A stretch of 64,000 nucleotides of DNA from Bugula neritina. Taxonomy: Eukaryota > Animalia > Bryozoa. The notes under the pieces are model-generated. The model saw nothing but the letters and a program-made list of their open reading frames with translations. It ran no database searches and was not told where the DNA came from. Made by a program: the position numbers and the translations under genes. The stretch is taken from positions 2,356,001-2,420,000 of the forward strand of contig OZ037770.1 in assembly GCA_964035545.1 (NCBI GenBank). Reading direction: 5' to 3'. This document shows positions 37,609-50,100 of the stretch, piece after piece; the stretch's first letter is position 1, and each line of letters begins with the position of its first letter.

Positions 37609-40600
37609 ATGAAACTTACTCAGCAGCTTTTCACAGACTTGTCAGACGTTCCTCCTGACGAAATTTGGTAAGAAAACTGTTTTTTTTTCAATAGTTGGGA
37701 ATGTCTGAAGTGTCCATTCAAGTTTGAAGTAGTATTCTATTTAGGTCTGCAAAATTGTTTAACGTACAATGTTATAGACTTTAATCATCGTGTCATTATT
37801 ATGAATAGTTTTATTTTAATTTGAAAAGTAATATTATGAATTTTTATTAAAGAAAATTATACTTGCTATCAAATAAACAAGAAGGTGCTAGAAAATAAAG
37901 TGTGTACTCAACTACCTTGTCAAATTCCCACCACTGGGCTTTTATTAAAAGAATCGTCAAAAAGAGTGTCATTTCTATAAAGCAAACACTTTTAGATTTT
38001 CTCATTCACTCATCACAATTACATGCAGGTAATACAGGTAATTCATTTTTACGGGTAAAACCCAAGTCTCAAAGCACTTTTTATTGACTAGTGACTTTTA
38101 TTTATTACAGTGATGGATCCAGCAAGAGTGGCGGACCCCCTATGGAAAAGTTGCAGGTGTACGGTAATCAGCTGAGTCAGCAGAGGTTGTCTCCCCCGAC
38201 ATCTCCTCATCCTCCCACCACAGCCACAACGGTACTCGACCAATCTCCATTCTCCATACATAGTCCTAGTTCTAATAAGCAACCGTCTATGGTAAGGGTA
38301 TCAGGCTGGCCTCCCGCATAGCACTGCACTATCTCTGTCTGAGATTCCTGGTAGCTGTAGAGGAGTGGGTTTGGTAGTTAGACGCTGTGCACTTGTTTCT
38401 ATTCCAAATTACTTTTATGACTGTTCAACTTGGTTAAAATAAAATTTCTCAAATCAGTAGAAAGTCATTTAGTCAAGAATCTCAAACACCATTTTCTCAA
38501 TCAGATGGGTGGGGAAGAGGCCATCAGATTTGATAATACTGAAGACTGGAAAATAGTGTTGATACTGTGGCACTGTGTTATTAAGCTGATCATCAGGTTG
38601 AATTATCATAACTTTCATTGTTTAATGAAGCAATTGCAGGTGAATTGACAATTTATTGGTTGTAGCTACTACAAATTAAATTGAATTATTCCACAACTTG
38701 CAGTTTTCCGCCTGGGTTTGCAGGAAAAATAGCAATTAGTTTGAAAAAAATGAATATTGCATCAAATTTAATTATAATGTGCTAAAAATCAGTTCTTTCA
38801 TTATACTAGTTTAATTTGTTTGAACACCAAAAGTTGTTGTGGCTATTTATGATCAATGATGAATTATTATGATGGTTCAAAGAATATCAAAGTTAAAGTT
38901 GGCAAGTGAGGATTATAACTTCTTTTTGAAAAATTGTCATCTACTGTTGAAACTTGCAGACGTACAGCAGCCATATTGTATTAACTGTTCACCATGTCAC
39001 TGAGCATGTGCAGGATGTTCGGGTTAACTATCAGCAGACGTGAATTCAATCTAGTGTTGGCATAGGCAATTTTTCTTACACGTTGGAGATTTAAAACAAT
39101 GCTTGTATAGAAAACTCCGTAATAATCAGTAGAGTCATCTAGTTCGTCATGGTTCCTGAACCGTGACCGTAGACATTGCACTCGCACAACGGGCATGTTA
39201 AGATGTAAGACTTCAAAATCCTAAGAGACTTGTTAATATTTATGTAGAATCAAAAGAGTTGCATAACAAAACAAAAGAGTGATTGTTCGAAATGAACTGC
39301 TGTGTTATGCAATGTAATCAATCACATCAAAAGTAACACTCAGCTTGTGACTTAGGAAAGTAACTAAAGAGAAACTCTGCCAACAAATCAATTGAAGTGA
39401 AGTTAGTTGAGCAGAAGAAAAGCTCTGTGGAAAAAATCAATCAAACGTTTGATTAAAGGAAAAAAAAATTCTATGAAGAGTAGCAAAATTATAACTCACT
39501 AGTGTTTCTGTTTTAATTTTCACATTTGTTTGAGCTGGTTTTTAATTTTAAGCACTACTTCAAGCCTAAAGTTCTGGACTCATTGCACCCTCTTCCGCTT
39601 TATACTTTCAATATTTTTTTAATTTTCAATACAGTTATTCACATTGCATATATTGCATATATGTTTGTAAGCCCGGTGGTATATGTAGCTTCTAATATGG
39701 TTGTAATACGATTATCTTTAACTCATAGTCACCCTGAAAATTTATTCCAGTTTTGACTCAAAATATTTGCTCTTCTCTTTCAGTTGAGAAGATATGAGTT
39801 TATTAGAAGAAGTCTCACCAGAACAGAAAAGCCAAGCAGTCCCACGTTTGTCATTGAAGGTCGTAAAGTCACACACAAGGCAACCAATGGGGAGTCAATT
39901 TTGCCAGAATCCGAGTCGTCATTTAACGACAGTAAACTAGATTTTGATCCAATCGCTTTTCTAGAAGGTAAAATGGCGCCTCTGAAATCCCTAAAAATGC
40001 CTTCCACTACGAAAAATAAAACCGAGGGAGTTCAACCAGCAAAAGGAACAGCAACATCTGTCATACTTCCTGTCTTGCATATAGAGGGTGAGTCATACTT
40101 CCTGTCTTATTGAATCTCCAAATTTGGAGATCGAGTAAAAAAGCAAATAAATTGTCTACAAAGAAGAAGTAATTTTGTAAAAATCAACAAAGTTAACTTT
40201 AATTCGTCAATCAAAAAGTGAAATACAAAACCATGAAGCATATAATAATAATAGTAATAATAACTCTGATCAAATTGAATTTGAATCTTTATAAATTCTA
40301 CTGAAATTATCTGCCAAAGAAAGCATTAGTGACCAAAATCTTTTCCATACTTTTGCATTATCCGTTTTATTTACTACTTCACACTTCTCCGCTCTTTATG
40401 AAAATGTAAACAATTTCGTTTTGATGTTAGCATATCAAAAATTAAACTTCTATCTGATTCTATTAGCACTATGCTTTTACAGTCTGGTCTGATACAGACA
40501 TATACTATCTATTCTAAACTCTGCTATCTATTCTATACTCTACTAGCTATTCTAAACTCTACTATCTATTCTATACTCTACTAGCTATTCTATACTCTAC

Positions 40601-43264
40601 TATCTATTCTATACTCTACTAGCTATTCTATACTCTACTAGCTATTCTATACTCTACTAGCTATTCTATACTCTACTAGCTATTCTATACTCTACTAGCT
40701 ATTCTATACTCTACTAGCTATTCTATACTCTACTAGCTATTCTATACTCTACTAGCTATTCTATACTCTACTAGCTATTCTATACTCTACTAGCTATTCT
40801 ATACTCTACTAGCTATTCTATACTCTACTATCTATTCTATACTCTACTATCTATTCTATACTCTACTAGCTATTCTATACTCTACTAGCTATTCTATACT
40901 CTACTATCTATTCTATACTCTACTATCTATTCTATACTCTACTATCTATTCTATACTCTACTAGCTATTCTATACTCTACTATCTATTCTATAGTCAACT
41001 GTCTATTCTATACTCTACTAGCTATTCTATACTCTACTAGCTATTCTATACTCTACTAGCTATTCTATACTCTACTAGCTATTCTATACTCTACTAGCTA
41101 TTCTATACTCTACTATCTATTCTATACTCTACTAGCTATTCTATACTCTTCTAGCTATTCTATACTCTACTATCTATTCTATACTCTACTAGCTATTCTA
41201 TACTCTTCTAGCTATTCTATACTCTACTATCTATTCTATACTCTACTAGCTATTCTATACTCTACTAGCTATTCTATACTCTACTAGCTATTCTATACTC
41301 TACTATCTATTCTATACTCTTCTAGCTATTCTATACTCTACTAGCTATTCTATACTCTACTAGCTATTCTATACTCTGACATGGTTCCAGGTCCAGGGTT
41401 TGCCCACCAGCAGAGATCCAAGAGCTCCAGTCTGCCTGGAGACGACCAGCCAGCAGAGGTGGAGGATGTGGCCACCGAACCACCAGCTGTCACTGAGAGC
41501 ATCTGGTCAGAGTTGGAGAATTTAGACCAGAAGTGAGTGGAGACAACTTTTTATGACTGTAGAGATTAGGGCACTGTAGAGATCAGGGCACTGTAGAGAT
41601 CAGGGCACTGTAGAGATCACTTCTGTACTAACTTAGCTTGTTGCTATATGAGTTATAAACCTGATTGCAATTTAGACGCTCTCAGAACTTTTATTTGAGC
41701 TTCTGATTTGAGAAGATTGTATATTGGTGCTGCTTTTTTCTTGTGGGAAGTTTAGATTTTAAGAGTTAAAATCTAAAGTTAAGACTTGTGATAACTTTGT
41801 TTATTCTAAGGTTCGGATAACTCCTTAGGCTAAAGTTTTCTGTGGAACCAGGACTAATATTTTCTGTGATGACTAATAGCCAGCTGGCTGGCTGGTTTGG
41901 TGGTTGGTTGGCATAATTTGATTGGTTGCTAGTTGAATCTATTGATCTAGTTGCTAAAACATTATGGGTAATTTTATGATTTCAAAATGTCTCTTTTGTT
42001 AAAAGTTTTCAAAGCTGGTATAAGTAGTCCAGCTACACTGTAGACCAAGAGGAGTAAATTCAGTTTAGAAACAGTCATCAATTTTGCCAGATTTACTAAC
42101 ATTAAGTTCACTGACTATGTGCTTGGGTCGTGACTGGAGAGAGTGACTAGTAGCTGTTCAATTAACTCACTACTAGATAAAACAATTAGAATATCGTTTA
42201 TATCAAAGGTGTCCAACCTTTTCAGAGTGAGGGGCACTGATAGGGAGTATTTCATGGCGAAGGCCACATTGTAAGCTTGAGGGGGGGGGAGGGGCCACAG
42301 TATCAGTATTTTTAAATAGTTTATTCCGAATTCTCATGAATCATTATACAATAAAGTCCCAATAGTTACTGCAGGTTGCATGTTTTGTGATGTGTGTATA
42401 AATAAGACATTTAAAGAGGTTTCTTCACTTTAATTCATATAAGGTGTGAACAATAATTTAATACTTTATGCTTTTGAGGGCCACAAAAATGTAGGGGGGG
42501 GGGCACATCCGGCCCTGGGGCCGCCTGTTGGACAGCCCTGGTTTATAAGATTAAATAGTACTAGTGACCAATTCCTTTAAATTGAAATTAGTTAAATAGA
42601 CATTAGCTGCTTTCACAGCATCTTTGAAGTTCAGGTAGGGCTTGTTTAAAAAGTTAAAAGCCGAACTCATGCAGTGTGCACTTTTTAGACTAAAACTATT
42701 TTTCTCTAAAACATTTTTATTTTTCTTTCAAGGTATCACAGATCTATCAAGAAGAACAACTTCTTTCTTCCAGCTGGCACGAGGCTGGGCGAAGAGCACC
42801 CCGACCTCCGTGTAGAAAACTCACATAAATCTAAGACTATAACGCTTCAACTTCAAACCAATGGGGAGCATAACAAGCAAAAGCCTCCCTCCACGGTTGC
42901 CGCTAGCACATTTATACAGCCCACAGCGCCATTCGTACCGCCCGCAACAGCTTACCTGGGACATAAACCTTCCAAACACTCTCACGACAAACTCTATCGC
43001 TCGGCAACTAGCCTATCACCTTCGGCCGTCAAGATGTCAAGGCCGTTGTTCTATAATGCCAATGCCTATTTAAACCTTAGTAATAAGAGATCACCACTCT
43101 ACAGCTCTGATCAGTATTTAGACTCGAGTCGGGTGGAGGGTCCGCTACGACCCCTCGATAATCAGATGAAACGGCCGGTTAGCAAAAAGTTAGTAGCCAA
43201 ATACTCCGATATGGAGATTCAGAAAGAGCTCAAGGATTTTTTCAAAGTTCGTTCAGTAAAATGA
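37609..43264 (+). CDS. Uncharacterized protein (~405 aa, S/P/K-rich, probably disordered), 5 exons; 5' end uncertain (gene C)
   Basis: Exons 37609-37667, 38111-38291, 39784-40087, 41391-41532 and 42733-43264 (TGA). GT-AG, phases 2,0,1,2 consistent; total 1218 nt. It incorporates ORFs 38091-38321, 39784-40113 and 43034-43264. The first exon could instead be an internal 31-nt exon (acceptor TTTTCACAG ending at 37636). Confidence 0.75.
40505..41378. repeat. 19-bp minisatellite (~45 copies) ending at the acceptor of gene C exon 4
   Basis: Unit TATTCTATACTCTACTA(G/T)C. The array stops 12 nt before the exon at 41391. Confidence 0.96.
41556..41619. repeat. 17-bp tandem repeat (~4 copies) after the gene C exon 4 donor
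   Basis: Unit CACTGTAGAGATCAGGG. Confidence 0.85.
42204..42540 (+). mobile_element. Non-autonomous hAT-type MITE (same family as 53589-53918)
   Basis: Ends CAAAGGTGTCCAAC / GTTGGACAGCCCTG; 8-bp TSD GTTTATAT / GTTTATAA. The first ~70 bp match the reverse complement of 53850-53918. Confidence 0.85.
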
Positions 43265-44129
43265 CACAAATTTCTTTTAGGGTTTGTAAGAAACTTGCAA
43301 AGTAATCGTTGTGAGACGATCGAATCGAATTTTGTCATGAAATTGCTATCTATAAATCAATGTTTGAACATTTGTGCAATCTACAACTTTGCATAAAGAA
43401 CTCTTTCCTTTCTAAATCTTTGCGTGGTTGTGTCTTACACAATTGAATAGCAATTAGCGTTTCTCATCAGGAGGTTACAACTCCCAAAATTATCGTGATG
43501 GATTTTAAATACCAAAACTAGTCAATATTGTTATCTGTGAAACAGAGAATATTTAAACTAACTCCAAGTATTTAATTACTCTGTAAGTTAAGGAGTATAT
43601 ATTTTGGTTTTTGTTAATTGTAGTTGAAATCGTGTTGAAAATTTTTAAATTTTAAGCTAGTGTGTTTTTAGAAAAATATTTTATTACCCCCTGATAAGGA
43701 GGATTTAAGCTTCAAGCTTATCTAAAAGTTAAAAATATATTTTATAGATGTTTTCTTCTTATTTAAAACATGTATTCAACTTTAATGCTGTGATGCAACG
43801 TTTGCTCAATTTTATATAGTATTTTCTTAAGTATCTGGTTGTGTGCGTTTTGTATAACAAATAAAAAAGCATGAACCAAAATTAAATTTGTCTTTATTAA
43901 ACTTCTGTAAACTGATTTCCACATAGATATAGGCAACTTGCAATGCATAAAGCATATTCTAGAATAAATTTACTCAACAAACCTACATGGAGTTATATAA
44001 AATTTATTGAAACTTTTTTCAAGTAAACCAGGAGTTTAAAATAAAGTTATGTTAATCATATAATGAAAATAAATATGTACATAATATAAAGGCTTTAAAA
44101 CGTGTAGATGAACATTAGTATAAAACTCA

Positions 44130-47100
44130 TCACTCCCATGAAATTAGCTGACCAAAAAAGGATTTTGTGCTCACTATGGCACTGTTCACGTGGTTAATCA
44201 GAGTGCTGACAACTCCCGTGTTAACCCAGGGTTTCCAGGCTCCGCCGTTGTTAGCGGGAGAACCCGCGGGATCAGGACTGGGAAAGTTTGGAGGTATCGC
44301 CGTCAAGTTATACTCGGCTAGTCTGTTCAGAAGCTGCTTTACAATCTAAAAGTGGAAACTAATTTGGGATATTCTTGAAGGCAAAACATAAAAAAGAATT
44401 ATTATTACATTCCAACTCCATGTGATATATTCTACCATAAAAACTAAACAGAATTCTTCAATTAAAATATAAATTGCTGTGTCTGGTTTATTATTGCAAC
44501 ACTGCTTTTATTTGTTGAAGAAAATAATGCATAGCACTAACATGCTAAAACAAGAGATAACATCTAAAATATAGGTCATGACACAATTGTCCAGTTACGA
44601 CATTGCAGCTGCTTGATCAGCAACAACTTCAAGTACGACCCATCCTAAACCTATCAATGAAAACACAGCCTATTAATGAGCTATTTTATTACACAACTTC
44701 GTAAAACTAACCCCTGGGAAATCTTCACTTCGATCAATGAGCTCTTCAGGGTCTTCAGTGATGTTGAATAACCAAACATTCTTGACCTCTCCACTGGCTG
44801 TGAGCTGGTAAATCTCTGGAAAGTCGTCTTCATACAGAGCCCCTTGTGTATGTCTGAATAATTGAACACAGACACGTTTTAATAGCCGTAATGCATTTTT
44901 ACGGGAACAAAGAAGGAATCACACAAAACACTAACTTGTGTTCAGATGCAATGGGTTTATACCTTTACCAGTTAATAGTTGAGACTTATTGTGAATGAGA
45001 AGACACCTTCGAAGAGTTCTCTTCTATTTCAAATTCAAAGTTGCAATGTGATAACTTTAACAGCATATCTTTACTACACAATCAATTAGGATGTTCAATC
45101 TATTTAGCTATCTGTATTTACTAATTAATTCCTATGTTAACTTATTTACTCGAAGAGCATCAAATATAAAACCTCAATGACCCTCAAGTGAAAGTCCTAA
45201 ATGCCATAAATTTATATTGGTTACTGTTGCTATGCCATTTACTGACCAATAGTGTATCTATTTTTAAAGAGCATCAAGGGAAGATTACCAAGTATACTAC
45301 TGTTAAGTGTGATCCCTTCCATATTAATATGATTTCAGGAAGTTTCAGTAATGTTATATGAGGCTGCTAAGTCGAGTTAAATTACTCGAAACTTGGTACT
45401 TTTTCAGCGAAAGTATTAACACAACTTTTAAATTTTACTCATCCTTTTAGCAAGCAATCATTTATCAATCTTCGATTCTTTGTGCACAAACCTGTCTTGG
45501 AGATCGTGATACTCCTGATCGTGCATCAGCTGGAAGTAGTTTTCCTGTTCACCTTTTATTCGAACAATTTTCTTTAAGGTTCTCAAATGCCAATCAGATA
45601 CTCGGTTGTTGAAGAAGTCGGAGTAATAATTGACGGGAGGAAATCTAAAAACAGGATGTTACATCACAATGCTGTATAGCATATTGATGCATATTAATAA
45701 TATAAAGTGTGCCGCATGTAACGTACCGAGTGAAAAATAAACTAATATACTAGCTAATGGAATCATCAATGATGAAAAATATATTTTTCTTATTTTTCTT
45801 ACTGTACAGTGTTTGCATAAATGATTTCTTCAACAACTAATCTTGATAGTAAAGTTACTTGGTTAACAGAATGCCATTATAGAGCAATATTGGGTTAAAA
45901 TAGCAAAATATAAAATGGGGCTTGAAAACCGTTTTTAATTGAACTTGTTTGTCTTAGATTTATAAGATTAATATGAATCAAATACAGGAGTACAAAGGAC
46001 AGAGAACAGTGCATGTTGGAGCAGCTAGTGTGCTCTAATCTAGACAAACCTTCAGAAAATGATTTAAATTTGTTTTCATATTTTTGAAAAACTGGCAAGT
46101 GAAAGTAAATTGTATAAACCCAGCAGAATGATGTGTAGAGGACCCACATTTTATCAACTCCCGGGTAGCCTGTCAGAAGTTTCCAGTCCCCAACACGAAT
46201 GGCCGCCGTAGTGTTTGTAGGGAACGTGTCATTATACAATGCTACACCTACAACCCATACTAGGAGTGAGAGTGGGGAAAGATATGCTCAGAAATTACAA
46301 GGAAATTAATGCAGGTTTATAAAAAGTGGAAACAGTTTGGAATAAATTCTTTCAACTCCAAGAAAGCTGGTAATGTTACTTTTGTGTATAATGCTTTGCA
46401 ATGTATGCGCCTTGCAGACAATGAAGTTATTTTTGGGACAAACCAATGCATAAATTTAAAAAGTTCACGTAAGAGAAGCATTCTGATTTTCAGATCAGAG
46501 TGCACGACACCATAACTATATTTATTCCCCAATTAGCCAGCAATGTTATGTCGGCCATTTTCGAGTTGTTCATTAGCAACAATTTTGCTAGCAACTATAC
46601 AAGGGTTTTACAAAATATATAAACCAATAAGAACCGTAATACCAATGATATGGCCAATCACATTGCACGTACCTGGGTGGCTAGCGAGTGGATCAATAGT
46701 ATGAAGTAACTCAGTACGAGGTCCCCTACTTCCGGTTAGTAAACTGCGCCACATGTTTACTCCGTCCAGAGAGAGGTTAGAAGGCAGAGAGTGACTTAGT
46801 ATTCCTTCTAGGATAGTCGGGTACCAATCAGATATGTGCATGAGAGACCGGTGGGTAGTGCCCACAGTTGTTGAGTTGAAAAGCGGGCTATGTATAAATG
46901 ACACGCCTCTCACACCTGCAACAAGAAGTCCATAAATTGCATTGGCAACTTTTGCCGATGATACTTTAGAAAATAGATTCTCGATCGTATTTAATTTTAA
47001 AGAAGCAATGGTTCTATATGAGTCAGTAAACAAATAAGTTAGTAATCATTCTCGAGCAATCACTCGAAATTGTTGCACGGTACTATCGTCATACAAGCCC

Positions 47101-50100
47101 CTGCTGTCACTTGGAAACTTGTTTATTCAGTAGCAAGTTTAAAATCTAAATAATATATTATTATTGTGAAGATATTAACTATCTTTTAGCCGGTGAGCCA
47201 TTGGGTTTCGATCAGTATATAAGATTTTGGGTTCTTTGAAACGTTTTATCTGTTTATATAGCACTAAACTTATTTTTATGTCTTGTCAGCTGCTCTTTAA
47301 TTTTGAAAATTGTTGTGGTTTGGTCAGGAGATAAACTAAATGTAAAAATTTTTCCTCCACGTGGAATTGATCCAGGGACCTCTGGCTTGCATGCAGGCGG
47401 ACTAACCATTACACCACTGAACCACTGAGGAATCTCAACTCTACACTACATACTTCTCAAAATGTTAGAATTGAAAGGATTGGCTACACAAGTTTGCTAA
47501 TTATAGCTGTGTTTTACCTAATCTGTTATAATAATCTGCAGAATTTAATTTTCCCAGACCTAAGCATTTGGTATATAATATTCAGTTGAACAAACCTCCT
47601 TCCCACAAGGTCCACTTCTTTCCTCTAAGGGGCCAGTTATTGCCTCCTGCATTGGTCTCACCTCCGTTGTCAGTAGAAAAAATGAGAATTGTATTCTCCC
47701 ACATGTTCTTCGACTTGAGATAACTAAACAGGAAATATGTCATGAAACGTAAAATAGCTAAACAGGAAGTATGTCATGAAACGTAAAATAGCTAAACAGG
47801 AAGTATGTCATGAAACTTGAGATAACTAAACAGGAAATATGTCATGAAACGTAAAATAAAGCTTTTCAAGATTTTTACAGCTAATTTTTTTTCTTTTGTT
47901 AAAGTTTAAAATGAGTTCTATTAGTTATATTGTTGAATAAAGTTTTATGATTAAATCGTTTTATAATATTATATATTAATGATAATTTTGCTCAAAAATA
48001 TTCTGGCGCTGCTGAGACAGTCCATGGAAGTTATGACCCTTCAAATCTCTAAAGTAGATGTTTTCATAAAATAAAAAAATTAGTCATAAGCTTACAAAAT
48101 GTTTATCACTATTACTTTGTAAATCTCATGTTAGTTTAAAGTATCCACCCCTGTGAGAGCCCCTGATTACGAAGGTCCTTAGGTATGCTAAGAAAGCAAT
48201 TCTCACTATGCTGCCGATATGGTTTGGCATAGAAGTAATTATAACCACACATTTTTTGGTTTTTTCAATATCTCATGTCACTAGGCTTGTGCTCCTACTA
48301 TTAGACAACCACTGCTCGCTGTTTACATGGCACAGTCTATTACTATTGTTTCTAAGGACATTTAGAAGTTGTGTACTCATAGAATTATATTTCCACCTGG
48401 TGATGTTGCCAATAGCTTCATCCAGGCAACTCGCCATTCCAGCAAACTTCCGTCTCTGAGAACTTAGAGAGCTCCGTTTGTATGGCTCTATGTATTCTTC
48501 CGGAACCTGCCAAGGAATTAGGTCAAGAAAATAGGTCGACAATGGGCAAACTAACAATTAGTAAAATACAACAAAAAAGTAATGATATTGATAATTGTCC
48601 AATAACAAATAAATAAACTGTTAAGTTTTTATAGCCCATTATTAAAAGAAAGCAAGCTTATATAAAATTTTAAGTAATGAAGACAAACCGCATTATTTTA
48701 GAGGCCAGAACATATTTTGTTTAGGAGTTATCTTTCCAACCAATTTATGATGATAGTTAATAAACTTAGTGATCTATTTCATAGACTTGTTTCATTTCTA
48801 TATACTTTTATGTATAAAAGAATAAGCAAAAAACACACCAGTAACAACTATTGCAGTAATAATTTTACTCAGATATACCTGCAAAGGTGAATGAACTGCT
48901 TGGAAAGGTAGATACAAGAACAAGGGTTTGCTTTGAGGGCCGTCGGTCTGATGCCCCATAATAATATCTTTAGCCCGTCTTGTGTACCTGAGTGTAGAGT
49001 ATGTGGTGTTGTCACTTGCGTCCAGTGTAGAGTTGGCGTAGAAATCGTAACCACACCCTAAACTCTCACAGTTCACGTGTGTGTAGTAATCTTCGTTCCC
49101 TTAGGAATATACGATTCAGTTTATATGATTTATAAATTTAGTGTTTAGGCTCTACCTAGAAGACTCTATAATTATCAATTTTTGTAATCATTTGTTTTTT
49201 ATCATCTAATTCTATCAGTTTACTCAAAATTATGTAACAGCAAAAAGTCTATACAAAATTAAAAATTAGAAAATTCAATAGCAGTGAAATTGGGATGGAT
49301 TATAAAATTTGTGATTGTTTTCAAGTAGACAACTCCAGTAAAATCTACATCATTTCACAATCTCATTATAATGCAGCAAGACACAATTTTTACATACAAG
49401 ACAATTCTAAATATTAGAATGTCAAAATAGATGCGCAAAACGTATATGCATGCCAGTACATTATATTTTCACATGATTGTACAAGAGACTGAACAATAGG
49501 CAGTAATTTAAAGTATCTTACCCGTTATATACCCTGTCCAGCTATCAAATCCTCTCTTGGTTGGGAGGTAGGATTCTTCAAAGAAACCCAGATGCCACTT
49601 TCCTACGCCATGTGTGTCATAACCTATAAATATTGCATTCCAACTGACATATACCCTGGTGGTATTTTACAGCATTCTGTATATATGCAACTTAGTAGAG
49701 AGTTTACTGCCTTTAGAATACCTTTTAAAATATTGCTAAAATAGTTTTAACTTGGCTCTACAGCGTAGCAATGCAACTGTCAACCTTAATGTTAGAACTT
49801 TTCCAAGTAGTATGAGTAAAATAAGTATAATCAAAATGTTCACTTCAGTTGGGTTTAGACGGTAGACTATCACAATGCGTTAATTAGGAATTTTGTATGC
49901 ACAAAGAAAAGTGCCACGCCATCCTAAGCAGTATGGCTAGAGCTAAAAATAAATAAGTCCTAAATTCAGCTCAGAAAATACTAATTAGCAAGATCAGTGT
50001 TATACTGAAAAAACCAGACAACCCCAAACTGCAATAATCCTTTATATTTAAACTTAAGAATTAGTAAATTGTTGATAGTTTCATTTCTCATATCAAACAT

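Noticed and set aside
47353-47423. Functional tRNA gene
   Set aside because: The acceptor stem and anticodon arm do not pair properly. It is kept only as a tRNA-derived relic.
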